Assembly (NCBI GenBank): GCA_048882485.1
Contig: JBHLRP010000019.1
Coordinates: forward strand, 1-52,216
From: Candidatus Thorarchaeota archaeon
Lineage (GTDB): Archaea; Asgardarchaeota; Thorarchaeia; Thorarchaeales; Thorarchaeaceae
Reading direction: 5' to 3'
Length of the DNA: 52,216 nucleotides
Positions 12,901 through 20,558 of this stretch are shown here, piece after piece. A program made the position numbers and the translations under genes. Position 1 is the stretch's first letter, and the number at the start of each line of letters is the position of its first letter. Under the pieces are notes generated by a model. That model saw only the letters and a program-made list of their open reading frames with translations, made no database searches and was not told the origin of the DNA.

Positions 12901-15900
12901 ATGACTTCACAGTAAAAGTCACCTTAAGAGACTCATTCAACAGCCAGCCGCTTGCTAATGCGGGATTCGCTAGCAATGGGACCATCATAGGCGCGCCCGT
13001 AGATTATGGCAACGGTACATATCTCTTGACTATTGACAGCTCGGCACTCTCAACTGGCACACATGCATTTAGATTCACAGCAACCCCTGCGGATTCCTAC
13101 CTCTTGAGCAGTTCAATTGATGTGCAATTCGATTATCGAGAAGTTTCTACAGATGCATATGCACTTAGCTCTGATCCAGCCGAAGTCCCATGGGGAGAAC
13201 AAGCCTCTGTCACAATACACTGGTATGATTTAGACCACTCAGGAATTGGAATAGAAGGAGGTACTGCTAGTATCATTCCCTCCGTTGCTCTTCAAAAAGC
13301 AGATATTGGTGGAGGGGATTATGCTCTCACAATTGACACGAGTTCGTATCTACCAGGCGCCTATGTATTTGATGTGACTTTCTCGAAGGCAAACTATGAG
13401 GATGCAACAGCAAGTGTTACGGTGATAGTGAAAGCACATAGCACTTCAGTAAGTGCAGATTATAGTGCGTCCACGCCAGTGGGAACAAGCACCTATTTCG
13501 ACATCTCATTCCTAGATCTCGATGGGGGTTCAGTTGGAATTGGCGTTGGCAATCTGAGTCAAGTGACTCTGGATTGGGGAAGTGGACCGCAAGCATTCTT
13601 CCCATACGGATTCTGGCTGGATACAAGTGCTTGGTCAATAGGGGTATATACAATCAACATCACGGTCTATGCAACTACAGCACCTCGATACTATTCAGAC
13701 GCAAAAATCTCCGTAAACCTGGAAATCAGAAAGCTTGAAGTCTATGTGAGCTGGGAACATCTTGAGCCGTTCCCGAACGGTGATGACTTCGTTATGTTTG
13801 CTCATTTGAACATCAGCGAACCAGGTTCGTCAATTGATGGAGACCCCATTAATGGACTAACTCAAGCATACTTCACGGCAAGGAATGAAACTGGCTGGCA
13901 ATACACATTTGAGAGCTTTGCATCCCTTGGCGAGGGACGCTACCAGCTTGTCATTGACCAAAGCAACTTCTTGGAAGGAGAATACACTATCGTAGTGTAT
14001 GTCGACTTTCTGCCTGCAGAGAGCTATCACGATTCACAGACGCCAGTGATAACATTCACCTATAGGCCAATCTTGACTTATTTGTCGTCTGATGATTATC
14101 CCAGTGTGACAACAACCTACGACACAAATGTCACCATCACCCTGAATTATGTAGACATAGACAATAATGTCAATATCACCACAGGTTCGATAGCAGCTGA
14201 AGGCGCATCAATCACATGGCAACATCTTGGCAATGGTGTTTACGAAGTATTAGTAATTGTCCAAGGATGGAATCTCGGAACACACGAAGTCAACATCACA
14301 GCAGATGCTCCAAGCTATCAAGCGAAGACACTGACATTCGAAGTGCTAGTCCAGATAGCTTATGCCTATGCTCGTTCTTCAGATTCTTCGATAGATCTTC
14401 CATTAGGTGATACAGCAGTCTTTTACATGGACTACTGGGACATAATTCATGATGGGCCTATTCTTGATGCATCAATCGACCACAACTGGACCCATGCATT
14501 GACTGTGATTTGGACAGGATCGCAATACAGAGTGGAGCTGCCAAGCCTCCACACAGATTCGCTGGGTAGCTATTTCATCTTGTTCAACGTGTCAAAAGGT
14601 TCGAACTATCAGTTTGGCTACTTCAATTTGAGCTTGACACTCAGGACTCACTACACAGAGGTGAGATTCGGCAGTGCAGTTGAGCCCACGACCTATATCG
14701 GTATGGTCAATGTTTCTCTATACTATGGTGACTTGGACAACGATATTGGAGTTGCTTCGCAATACATCAATGTCTCTGTTTATGGAGAATCTGGATGGAT
14801 CGACTCGACCCTCGAAAACGACACAGCTTCGGGTGATGGCTATTATATCATTAGATTCCCAGCTTCAATACTTGGAGAGAGTGGAATTTACAATTTCACC
14901 GTCTATGTCAATTGGACTGGACCCACTCAGCAGTTCTACAATGGGATAGTTAGAACATCAGTCAACATCATTGGTGAAGAATCGGAACTGAGTCTTGAGG
15001 ACTCACCCGGTCCTACTCCATATTTAGAGAATATGAGCTACACCTATTTCTATGATGAGCTGTATAGCGGAGTAGGGATATCAAACGCAACTGGTGATGT
15101 CTTCATCTTCATCGAGTTCGTAGGTGAGTCCGTTGATACTTCCTTAGTATCGATTTTGGAGGGTTTGCCTGGGTATTACACCTTGGAGTTCAACACAACC
15201 ATATTCGCAAGGCCAGGTGTATTTACCATGGTTGTGCAAGTGAACTGGTCTGCATCTGCTTCTCCATTCTATGACAACCGAACTGATACAATTTCAGTGC
15301 GAGTGATTCCGAGGAACACTGTAGTATCTGTGACTCCACCTGACAGCACAGCCTATGGCATTAATGCCACCTTCTCATTCTCGTATGATGACGTGTCAAA
15401 TGCTATTCCTGTCAAAATTCCCAATGATGCAACGATGACTGTTGTAGTCAACCTGCCCGACTATTCAATCAGCTATAATTCTACAACTAGGCAGTTCCAT
15501 ATATCCTTCAACACTAGTGTTCTAGGAGCGTCTCTTGGGAACAAGCAGTTCACCATTAGCATTACGTGGATTGGCTCACCGTTCTATGCAAATATCACAG
15601 CAAGAACCATCTTTATCACAGTTGCCAACAGAGAAACCTCATTCGATTTCGCAACACCCAGTCCGACTCCATATGGAGAAATGGCTGCATTCACTGTGAC
15701 CTATATGGATGCAGCAGGAGCGATTCCTAGTCCTATTAATGATGGAACAATAGTATTGTACAACGACTCTCAGCCAATTCCGGTTTCGTTCTACAGCTAC
15801 GTTCCTCTTGGAAACGGTCAATACACAATCGAGTTGAATACAAGCTACTTCTCAAGACCGAACTCCTATAATCTAGAGATTCAAATCACCACGCCCCACT

Positions 15901-18900
15901 TCTATTATCTTGATGCCACAGGCTCACGGACACTCATTGTGCGATATAGAATCACCACTCTCACAGCTGAATCAGCTGGAATTGTTTCTTACAATTCGTC
16001 AATCCCGTTAGTATTGCGCTATAGTGATCTATTCTCTCTTGCACCGATCAGCAATAGCTCCTTACTAACAAGCATAGAGATTCTCAATGGAAGCTCTTGG
16101 ATCTTCACATCAGATTGGCGTAGCGTTCCCCAAGATTATCTAGTCACTGTGCAAACATTCAATCAAATCCTTGATGTTGATACAGACTATGTGCTATGGA
16201 TTCGATTTACATATGCAGACGCAGCGCCATTCTACCTTGCTGCAGAAACTTTCGTATCCTTCAGACTCAGGGAGCGTACGACATATCTAGATGTCACTGA
16301 ATCACCACTGCCTACTCCCTATCTTGACTTTGTCAATTTCACTGTTGCATATCGCGACCTAGAGTCATCTACGGAGATTGGAGGTGCAAACATTGTGCTC
16401 TCTATTGACGCAATTAATCTGATAGAGGGCACCGAATACATTCTGCAGACAAGCGGAGATGGTATCTATCATCTCTCGATTAATACCACCGCAATAGGAA
16501 TTCCGGGCGTCTCAAAAAGCCTTGTAGTAAGTGCTGAGTGGACCTCGGGAGCTCCCTATTACACGGATTCCACAATTTCCTTGACTGTATCGGTGGTTGT
16601 ACGACCCGCAAGTGTCAGAATTATCATCTCGCCATCACAGGTAAGGTTCCTCGATAACATCACATTCACGTTTAGCTATAATGATGACAATACAGATGAT
16701 TTCATCACATTAACAAAGAATATGGTATCAGTTTACAGCGGGGGAAGCCTCCTCCAGAGCAGCGACTTCACTTTGTCTTTTGTTGGTAATGGATATAAAA
16801 TTGGAATCAATTCAATTATTTTGAGTCCGGATTTAGTAACCAATTGGAATGTAACAGTGTTTGTCGATTGGTCTTCCACTGTTCCACCGTACTATTCGGA
16901 TGATGCAGCATCGGTAGGTGTCACAGTTGTCAATAGGATTGGATCTGTAAGCCTTGACAATGCTCCTACAACTCCAATTGGCGACAATATGACACTAGCA
17001 TTCTCCTATGAAGATCAAGACAACGGATTGGGAATTGGTGATGCGATAGTCGTGTTTGATTGTCTAAATCCGAGCGGGCTTGGCGAGAATGCTGACTTCT
17101 GGATAGTTAGGGGTGTTGGCCCTGAGTTTGGTGAATACACAATCCTGGTAGATACAAGCAAGCTTAGTGGAGTTGGGCTATACACATTCTCCCTACGTCT
17201 TCAATGGAATCAGTCCATCGCGCCCTATTATCGGAATACCTCCGAAGTATTTCTCATTGGTTCTGTCAGATTGATTCAATCGCAATTGGATTATGAAGAT
17301 CCCATACCAACAACGGTACCCATTAACGACAATGTGAGTGTAGTCCTCACGTTTACTGATTCAGACCACTTGCTACCGATAGCTGGAGCTGAAAACAACA
17401 TCAGTGTCACTTACAAATCAGATGGTTCTGTCCCGTCGATATGGAGTATAACTGTTGTCGTTCCAGGCATGTACGAACTTGTGGTGAATTGTACTGATGC
17501 AGGCTCCGCCGGTACAAATGCACTTGTGATACAAGTTGACTTGAGCGATTATCAATTTGCTGAGGTCCAAGTACCTATACAGATTCGGTCAAGGCAAGGT
17601 GAATTGACGAAGGTAGAATCACCTGATGCTTACTTTGGTGAACAGACCTATGCAATTGTTGAACTTGTTGATATTGATGCATCATCTGCACCAATACATG
17701 ATGCTACACTGAATCTAATATGGCCTGAAACTTCAAGCTACGTCTATATCGGGAATGGGATGTACAACGTTACGCTTGACACAACGACATTGGATGCAGA
17801 TCTCTACACCCTTGTAGTGAGTGCTCAAAAGGCAAATTACTTCATCCCAGAGATTTCTATTTCAATAAGGGTCCAGAGTATTCCGACAGAGGTAATTTTG
17901 CCCCAGACCGTCCCAGATGTCTATTGGGGAGAAAGCGTTTCGATATGGGCTCTCTTCAATGACACCCGGAGTGGCACTCTCATTCTTGGAGCCGCTGTTA
18001 ACTATCAGTTCGGCATATTGAGTGGAAGCCTTGCAGAGGGTCCACCTGGAAATTACTCGTTTACGATTGATACTGGAAACCTTCCCCTTGCTACTACCTA
18101 TCTAGTGTCGATAACTGCCAGGCTGGATAATTATGACACAGTTTCAGGGCAGATCACCGTGAATATATTGAGATTGAATCTTGAACTTACAATAGTGGAT
18201 GGTCTGAATAGTCAGGAGCTTTACAAAGGTGAACCAATAAACATTACTGTGTTTGTTCGCGATGTATACAATGATGTGCCTCTAACGGGGGCTACGGTAT
18301 CAGCCACATGGGTCTTTGATATGACTGGTGTGTCCTTGATGCCAGTTCCGGGAATGAATGGATATTATACGGGGCTCATACCAACGGTAGCGGCGAATAC
18401 GAAGACATATTCTATTGTTGTGAGCGCTGAAAAGACCAACTATCTCACAATGACTTCCCCTGCAGAAGTCAATATCAGGCAGATTCTGACCAAGGTGAAT
18501 CTAGATCCATTGACTGAAACTTATAGCAATCAGGTCTTCGATTGGACCGACACTATTCGAATTGGCGTATTCGTACTTGCACCTTCTTTAAACGACACTG
18601 GATTGTCAAACTGCACAGTAACTTGGTCACTTTCTGGAACATTCCTAACAGGAGAATTCTTGAACGGTTCATCAATTGAAGGCCCAGGCTACTTCTATTT
18701 TGACTTCAATACTTGGGAGCATAATGCAACCACGTACACCCTGAGGTTTACAGCATACCCATTGGTTGGTGCCTATGCTACTTCTAGCAACATGACAACC
18801 ATAGCAATCAGACTCATTCAGACAACAGTTGAATCCACCTTCGTGGCACCGAAGGTGTGGGGCTGGGCAGGTTGGGTGAACCTGACATATTGGAACCTTT

Positions 18901-20558
18901 TGGAAGATAGGGGAGTTGTTGCAGCTGAGGTCGGAATTGATTGGGAAGGAATCGAACAACAATCCAGGTATCTCATCGACGGCGTATATCAGGTATGGGT
19001 CAACACATCTCTAGTAAGTCCCGGCGTATATCCAGTGGTTGTCAGTTTCTGGAAGCAAAACTATGAAGCGGGTACTGGAGTCTTCACGCTGACAGTGAAA
19101 GAAGTTCCTACAGAGATTGTGGTCTACGCTCCATCGCAGTATCAAATCGACGGGAATGTCTTGAATCTTCAGATTCCGTATGGTGACAGCCTCCCGGTTA
19201 CTCTGTTCTATAATGACACTTGGTATAACCAAGGCATATCCAATGCTTCAGACCTCACAGCTGTGATTTTGCACCCATCAATTTCGGATAAAGACATCTT
19301 ATTGGTGTCCGATCTGTCATTTGGCAATTATAGTCTAGAAATTGATTCTTCTCAATGGGTAGTGAGTCCTACTCATTATCGAGTCGTCGCGAACCTCGGT
19401 CTTGAGAATCGGAGCAGAGCCACTCTCAATCTCTATATCACAATAATCAACATCCCAACGGCACTCACAGCTGAACCCGAAGAGATTCTGATGGGATATC
19501 TCGAAACTACCACCATACGAGTCTTCTATTACGACATATGGGAAGGCCATGACTATCGAGGAATCCCAGAGGGCTTCCTAAACGCCACTCCAAGTTCAAA
19601 TTATGTAACCATTGATGGATGGCAACCTGATCCCTTAAATCCTGGATGGTACGAAATCACGCTGAGTTCAGGATGGGCACGAGGTCCGGCAGTTATTCTC
19701 ATAGAACTAACAAAGGACAATCATGATTCTGCAGTAGTGTCAGTAGGCGTATCGGTGGAGCCGTCTGAGTTTAACCTACTGATTGAGAGATCTTTAATCT
19801 ACGGCCTACCATTTGGCGTTGTTTGCTTGATTGGTGCCATCCTCTGGTCCAGGCTTTTCAGTCTGCCAAAACGACTAAGAGAAATTCGCGGAATGGTGAA
19901 AGACATCAACCGAGGTCGCATTCCGAAGGTGCCTGATGGCGTCCAAAACAGAAGGGAGATACTTACTGAGCTCTTCAATGAAATCATAGAACCGATTGGG
20001 ATTGTCAGATCAGCGGATAGTATGCCTGAATACTCCTTGGTTGCTGAAGTTCCTGAGATGGAAGAGCTGTTAATTCAGCTATCCATCCTTACGCAGTTGA
20101 CACCAGAGGAGCTCGATGACTTCAGAGCAGATGTAACCAAAATGAAGCTCAGCGAGCAGGCTGCCTTCATTAAAGAAGTAATCAGTCAAGAAGTGATCAA
20201 ACGCGCCAAGATGGAGAAGAAGAGCATAGAGAAGATTCACAAAGAAACTCTGAAACAGGCAAGAGCACTGATTTCTGGAAAAGAGATTGTTCCTCCATCA
20301 GAGCCTGTAGTTAGTGAAGAGGAGGCACCTCCAAAGAAGACAGTACTAAAGCAGCCAGACCTCTCAAAAGCAAAAGATGAATTGCCACCAGAAATAGTCA
20401 GCCAGGATGAGATTGTACAGATTCGAAAGAGGCTGGTTGAAGCCGGTATTGGAGGACATGAATTAGAGACTATCATGGAGCAAGTCCAAGATCTTCCAAG
20501 AGATCTTGTTGAAGACCTCATCAATAGCATTCTCAAAAAGGGAGGTGACAAGCCATGA
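948..20558 (+). CDS. Giant type I membrane surface glycoprotein A (~6536 aa): signal peptide, N-terminal beta domain, DNRLRE/CBM96-like domain, 9 DUF2341+LamG-like jellyroll modules, long Ig-like stalk, one TM helix, ~230-aa cytoplasmic tail
   Basis: ORF track starts at TTG 909. ATG 948 is preferred: GGGAG at 935-939 precedes it and it gives a typical signal peptide MRKPAAALMLFIIFLLPSVG. Repeats YKKDIxIDHTKV..FPxLxDIYDxDL..DGDDI..HEIE..THAHLxAWVK..YYGN followed by GVWHL..DEVRIS..RS..WI..EY.NQ. Stalk repeats with GNGxYxxxIxT. TM RSLIYGLPFGVVCLIGAILW at ~19788-19850. Confidence 0.92.
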   Translation: MRKPAAALMLFIIFLLPSVGSPDFNGAIPFLDDVRNHENEYNDAGWQDASSGTGAPRPVDFQGMAVSSGTSVIDADHPWIVGIDPPLGWSSEQLETQLDHLSMWVDDVLVNPSLDANHEEHWILTDRPDYNYDPFYVPDGWTIIKKDAPPSGTGHPQHGYFELNGRSGEGYDASIGWRFDANWNTGAILDPTKGIYISQQIPAPWREVYSAEITFRYYISSLSNLDDTAHVFTRLEGYVTKHHVYEVGTPTDTWLQAKATVPASYLQSLETKDALLFDIGVGTDLSGNPPASATHEMYIDEIEFRLLVRPFPEEINLLANGARVTGSIQGSVSPYVPDGSNRDCYSAIDSNGGTGGVDLNGYSDFGWLDVGIDGMDWPSAFAYQVGLQFPLNVPQGATITSAILEIETPSGATGDPAVRVYAAAEDDVTAFTTGYPLLPDRYDWVNTSVFWNPTIAAPGRYNTPDLSALIQEVVSRPGWTSGNYICIMIDYAFSSGLTNYIQIKGSTGFPQGQLAQLNVDFTSPDPKDAIPSFRYNKNIVLDHRKVIANLQNFPVLVDIWDADLHLDVQPDGDDIAFLYDGQVIPHEIDVFDKLGNGTHAHLSAWVNLPYVSSTQDTTVVMVYGDGDIGSQEKTVDVWDSDYSAVWHLSENPAQPQWDSTYADYLPHQPQILDVTSHESSGSSYGSMTSNDLVDGFIGEAIDLEGSNDYLDFGNPTELQMNGAFTVEAWFYADYVDNDYLVVKSGESNYRGWDISFDNDPSISPAGWVMFRWSPDGVAMDLVGYERVDTAQWYHAVGVFSPSEYARFYLNGELVGEVTSGIPSTANDPNRPLRIGRRSDSAGATSYFDGIVDEVRISSIARSDAWIRTQYSNQRNPELFMTVSEEGVNFLYKKDIVVDHTKVASDLTSFPMLVDIFDIDLRTDVQADGDDIMFTSNGRSLPHEIELFDQQYNSTHAHLVAWVKADLSSVTDTIVTMYYGNPSIGSQESLAEVWSNRYTGVWHLAESSGNVQDSTSYGQEGIPLGGVSLGALGKIGYASDFGGIDGYINMGDPADGHLDFGLNSFTICIWLRIDASTGTWQVPLNKGHPSGLDSGYRFETNTLGQSIYFQISDGISYESTNSYSVTFGEWMHLVGRVDPSTNEMRLFKDGGYSGTVDISGIGSVSTTDNFTISRGLFSPNPVDGLIDEIRISSTALSDSWIITEYNNQYDPSSFYLVGAEKLVLPLEGQYKKDIVIDHTKVDSDLTGFPLLVDIYDTDLKSDAQADGDDIIFKSGTTFLPHEIEQFDQDYNSTHAHLVAWVKTDLSSTADTTVTMYYGNPEATNQENPNAVWDDNYWGVWHLGDTSGAAKDSTSGGADGTLMNGPTQAAAGRVGYGYDFDGVDDYLALQNANTQSSGTYSFWVYPHNYPPGPNSEVNFVGANAYYNRFSYYNGRIRIETATDAEYFNFASSSISNDTWYHMVFVRSGDFGDLYINGVWIEQVEVAGANTLTVNSIAGTDDLDRMVDGIMDEVRISGAPHSAAWVIAEYRNQYDPASFYSVGAETILQPIEFTYKKDITIDHTKVGADVMDFPVLIDIYDTDLRTDVQVDGDDIVFAKDGFVLPHEIELFEQSYNTTHAHLVAWVKTDLSASFDTAIRMYYGNFTAHNQENPSALWGSSNVGTWHLSEVGDGSPDEYIDSSQYNNHGQGGIGTPADVPTRIDGKIGYGQDFDGLGDVISLGTSDTLQPSSLTWSAWVRRTSSWASKRMALFYTKDTWNGPGWYVQIDDVSTGGPSIPRVLLMVVDGSNFFTYNGVPLDTLYPLNEWVHLAASFDSTTNAMALYVNGVAQPLQTFGTPDSITSTSDTKFVPGNSGLYVGSMDEVRVASIVRSPEWILTEYRNQNDSASFYTVGAEIFTQPIEFAFKKEIVVDHTKIAADLTDFPMLVDIFDSDLKTKVQADGDDIVFKISETLLPHQIELFDQTYNSTHAHLIAWVKADLSSSFDTTLTMHYGNQQAPNQENPAAVWSNSYMGVWHLAETNGDAIDSTSYGSNGALQGGVTQGAPGWVDGAYDFDGSTGRLAVGNPADGHLDFGVTQDYTLSCWIYLDTISNPDFLIAKRAGTGSTQIGYALAAAGGNEIVFEVADGVDEFMIRTTTDVSIPAWYYVTLVWDDDSTSATTIYINGMDDKSGTQGTLSSIDSIETTTGLSFGASITGGNPADGRIDEVRISSVARPSEWIAAEFANQFDPSSFFSTGSEIIIEPIEFSYRKDIVVNHTQVDADLTEFPMLIDIYDTDLKTDVQADGDDIIFKISDALVPHEIELFDQAYNLTHAHLVAWVKTDLSSIVDTTISMYYGSPQATNQEDPDGVWNDNYLGVWHLGETSGGSGAFKDSTSNSNHGTDAGAPTLGINGPIGKAILFDGVDDSINCGNGPSLNIAGDVVTLEAWAYLNEDIGPGWGSGIVVKYGSYEIFQDWDATRRITFSVTTTGTGQTWTSRTNNDINRWYHVVGVYNGTTTFIYVDGTEIASIPNSGTLAASASPLYIGLEDQYYDGRIDEVRVSKIDRSAKWILAEFRNQNDPASFYTVGYEITPQPEGFDYRKNITIDNTKVSSDLVGFPLLIDIYDTDLKTETQADGDDIIFKTGEVALSHEIELFDRDYNSTHAHLVAWVKTDLLSTSDTIVTMYYGNPEAINQEDPGGVWDTSYMGVWHLSEPSGNAQDSTLYQTHGTPSGLLTQGVSGHIGNAYYFDRDGLGTVNMGDPADGHLDFGNTDDFTIEFWVDLDYFYYYEPFLVSKRNGLASSSPGYAAFVSDDSNGYPGYSISSDGPQFGVDASSPVLNTGWRHVVYVFDQDSDTISTIYVDGIDDKISTWGTIGSVGSLQNSANFRLNGESSPTTDDMFDGMLDEVRISNIARSSDWILTEFNNQNNPSSFYSIGAAEFLGVAPEYNYMKNITIDHTKVISDLTDFPLLIDIFDTDLRTDVQPDGNDIIFKIGTTSLPHEIELFDQTYNSTHAHLVAWVKIDLSSSVDTTITMYYGNPSINNQEKPSDVWNSNYVAVWHFNQDPSSTSILDSTMNGYHLTAQGFGSDQRVYDGKLGTSISVDGIDDRFGVNSIAGPINDMTFQTWFMLDNAFPSGSDMHLLRGNSLTNNYPMIRFASSSGLIVTHMEVTSDVDETCTGSKSSWEADTWFQFAWVRSTAAVRSYHYVNGSLDAEDNSADNANPHLAWDQLMLLSDFSAGNMWGPGAISEFRILNVVLPPEWIAAEYANQNDPASFYSVGSEVQIVIPEQPSEPSLLDASGYKFSASSSVGVTIGFRTSLGIHTSGLSYTDDYLPGTSFSIVNDSLAIWTANVLVSPPPEIESISFELSYPEGEWYPFSVKSPSGIEKTFATDWTCFDGKLVVASTAIDEYGMWHIRFQDRNHVFDTQMGLSGGPYSPSGNFLIGEEIQFRIWSSGTMSSGISLDLTDPYGSTWYSGSATFQGQKFALPYSHRKYLTISHENVATDLVNFPVLVDIYDTDLRTDVRADGRDIAFAIGEETLAHEIELFDQTFNSTHAHLAAWVKVPLLSGSSDTAISMYYGNPIAPIVYDSGPVWDSGYLGVWHLAESGTGALDEYTDSSQYKHHGQGGEGQATYVPTQVSGKIGFGQDFNNLDGNYDLIDCGDSPLWNIDGYQLTLEAWVQHDITPNTHIYGIMNHKGWYNGYSLFINEGGVSTLKPVFNVQGETHQLVGANDVMGGSWHHIVATYDGSLMRIYVDGVQDPNVLQKTDAILPSTAEQGFWIGHGDQPKDVVWSAEYEGQIDEVRISDVARPAGWIETQFKNQNDPSSFFSISIEQSPGYSESAAITLDSSAQAGVWQATARYYDDGVNVDQSVGIFSRNFIVKRGASMSLTAPGDAVSDGISAKLIGEGLYVEFDLSDTLTSLPISGATMTMNWTVSGAPTQIQLNDYGDGSYGRVLNTTDLGTAQRWRIELTSSHQFYGDAFNVFFLDLSHQTYLTYEPPSAAPYGDDFTVKVTLRDSFNSQPLANAGFASNGTIIGAPVDYGNGTYLLTIDSSALSTGTHAFRFTATPADSYLLSSSIDVQFDYREVSTDAYALSSDPAEVPWGEQASVTIHWYDLDHSGIGIEGGTASIIPSVALQKADIGGGDYALTIDTSSYLPGAYVFDVTFSKANYEDATASVTVIVKAHSTSVSADYSASTPVGTSTYFDISFLDLDGGSVGIGVGNLSQVTLDWGSGPQAFFPYGFWLDTSAWSIGVYTINITVYATTAPRYYSDAKISVNLEIRKLEVYVSWEHLEPFPNGDDFVMFAHLNISEPGSSIDGDPINGLTQAYFTARNETGWQYTFESFASLGEGRYQLVIDQSNFLEGEYTIVVYVDFLPAESYHDSQTPVITFTYRPILTYLSSDDYPSVTTTYDTNVTITLNYVDIDNNVNITTGSIAAEGASITWQHLGNGVYEVLVIVQGWNLGTHEVNITADAPSYQAKTLTFEVLVQIAYAYARSSDSSIDLPLGDTAVFYMDYWDIIHDGPILDASIDHNWTHALTVIWTGSQYRVELPSLHTDSLGSYFILFNVSKGSNYQFGYFNLSLTLRTHYTEVRFGSAVEPTTYIGMVNVSLYYGDLDNDIGVASQYINVSVYGESGWIDSTLENDTASGDGYYIIRFPASILGESGIYNFTVYVNWTGPTQQFYNGIVRTSVNIIGEESELSLEDSPGPTPYLENMSYTYFYDELYSGVGISNATGDVFIFIEFVGESVDTSLVSILEGLPGYYTLEFNTTIFARPGVFTMVVQVNWSASASPFYDNRTDTISVRVIPRNTVVSVTPPDSTAYGINATFSFSYDDVSNAIPVKIPNDATMTVVVNLPDYSISYNSTTRQFHISFNTSVLGASLGNKQFTISITWIGSPFYANITARTIFITVANRETSFDFATPSPTPYGEMAAFTVTYMDAAGAIPSPINDGTIVLYNDSQPIPVSFYSYVPLGNGQYTIELNTSYFSRPNSYNLEIQITTPHFYYLDATGSRTLIVRYRITTLTAESAGIVSYNSSIPLVLRYSDLFSLAPISNSSLLTSIEILNGSSWIFTSDWRSVPQDYLVTVQTFNQILDVDTDYVLWIRFTYADAAPFYLAAETFVSFRLRERTTYLDVTESPLPTPYLDFVNFTVAYRDLESSTEIGGANIVLSIDAINLIEGTEYILQTSGDGIYHLSINTTAIGIPGVSKSLVVSAEWTSGAPYYTDSTISLTVSVVVRPASVRIIISPSQVRFLDNITFTFSYNDDNTDDFITLTKNMVSVYSGGSLLQSSDFTLSFVGNGYKIGINSIILSPDLVTNWNVTVFVDWSSTVPPYYSDDAASVGVTVVNRIGSVSLDNAPTTPIGDNMTLAFSYEDQDNGLGIGDAIVVFDCLNPSGLGENADFWIVRGVGPEFGEYTILVDTSKLSGVGLYTFSLRLQWNQSIAPYYRNTSEVFLIGSVRLIQSQLDYEDPIPTTVPINDNVSVVLTFTDSDHLLPIAGAENNISVTYKSDGSVPSIWSITVVVPGMYELVVNCTDAGSAGTNALVIQVDLSDYQFAEVQVPIQIRSRQGELTKVESPDAYFGEQTYAIVELVDIDASSAPIHDATLNLIWPETSSYVYIGNGMYNVTLDTTTLDADLYTLVVSAQKANYFIPEISISIRVQSIPTEVILPQTVPDVYWGESVSIWALFNDTRSGTLILGAAVNYQFGILSGSLAEGPPGNYSFTIDTGNLPLATTYLVSITARLDNYDTVSGQITVNILRLNLELTIVDGLNSQELYKGEPINITVFVRDVYNDVPLTGATVSATWVFDMTGVSLMPVPGMNGYYTGLIPTVAANTKTYSIVVSAEKTNYLTMTSPAEVNIRQILTKVNLDPLTETYSNQVFDWTDTIRIGVFVLAPSLNDTGLSNCTVTWSLSGTFLTGEFLNGSSIEGPGYFYFDFNTWEHNATTYTLRFTAYPLVGAYATSSNMTTIAIRLIQTTVESTFVAPKVWGWAGWVNLTYWNLLEDRGVVAAEVGIDWEGIEQQSRYLIDGVYQVWVNTSLVSPGVYPVVVSFWKQNYEAGTGVFTLTVKEVPTEIVVYAPSQYQIDGNVLNLQIPYGDSLPVTLFYNDTWYNQGISNASDLTAVILHPSISDKDILLVSDLSFGNYSLEIDSSQWVVSPTHYRVVANLGLENRSRATLNLYITIINIPTALTAEPEEILMGYLETTTIRVFYYDIWEGHDYRGIPEGFLNATPSSNYVTIDGWQPDPLNPGWYEITLSSGWARGPAVILIELTKDNHDSAVVSVGVSVEPSEFNLLIERSLIYGLPFGVVCLIGAILWSRLFSLPKRLREIRGMVKDINRGRIPKVPDGVQNRREILTELFNEIIEPIGIVRSADSMPEYSLVAEVPEMEELLIQLSILTQLTPEELDDFRADVTKMKLSEQAAFIKEVISQEVIKRAKMEKKSIEKIHKETLKQARALISGKEIVPPSEPVVSEEEAPPKKTVLKQPDLSKAKDELPPEIVSQDEIVQIRKRLVEAGIGGHELETIMEQVQDLPRDLVEDLINSILKKGGDKP
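2544..10720 (+). repeat. Eight tandem ~1-kb intragenic DUF2341+LamG-like units
   Basis: Unit starts at about 2544, 3612, 4626, 5595, 6645, 7674, 8667 and 9717 (period ~970-1070 nt), recognised from the conserved translated frame. Confidence 0.9.
11343..12380 (+). repeat. Ninth, isolated DUF2341+LamG-like unit
   Basis: YSHRKYLTISHENVATDLVNFPVLVDIYDTDLRTDVRADGRDIAF ... IDEVRISDVARPAGWIETQFKNQNDPSSFF. Confidence 0.88.
20541..20548 (+). promoter_or_regulatory. Shine-Dalgarno GGAGGTGA for protein B, inside the 3' end of gene A
   Basis: GGAGGTGAcaagccATGAtg: consensus archaeal SD 6 nt before ATG 20555, which overlaps the TGA of gene A. Confidence 0.85.
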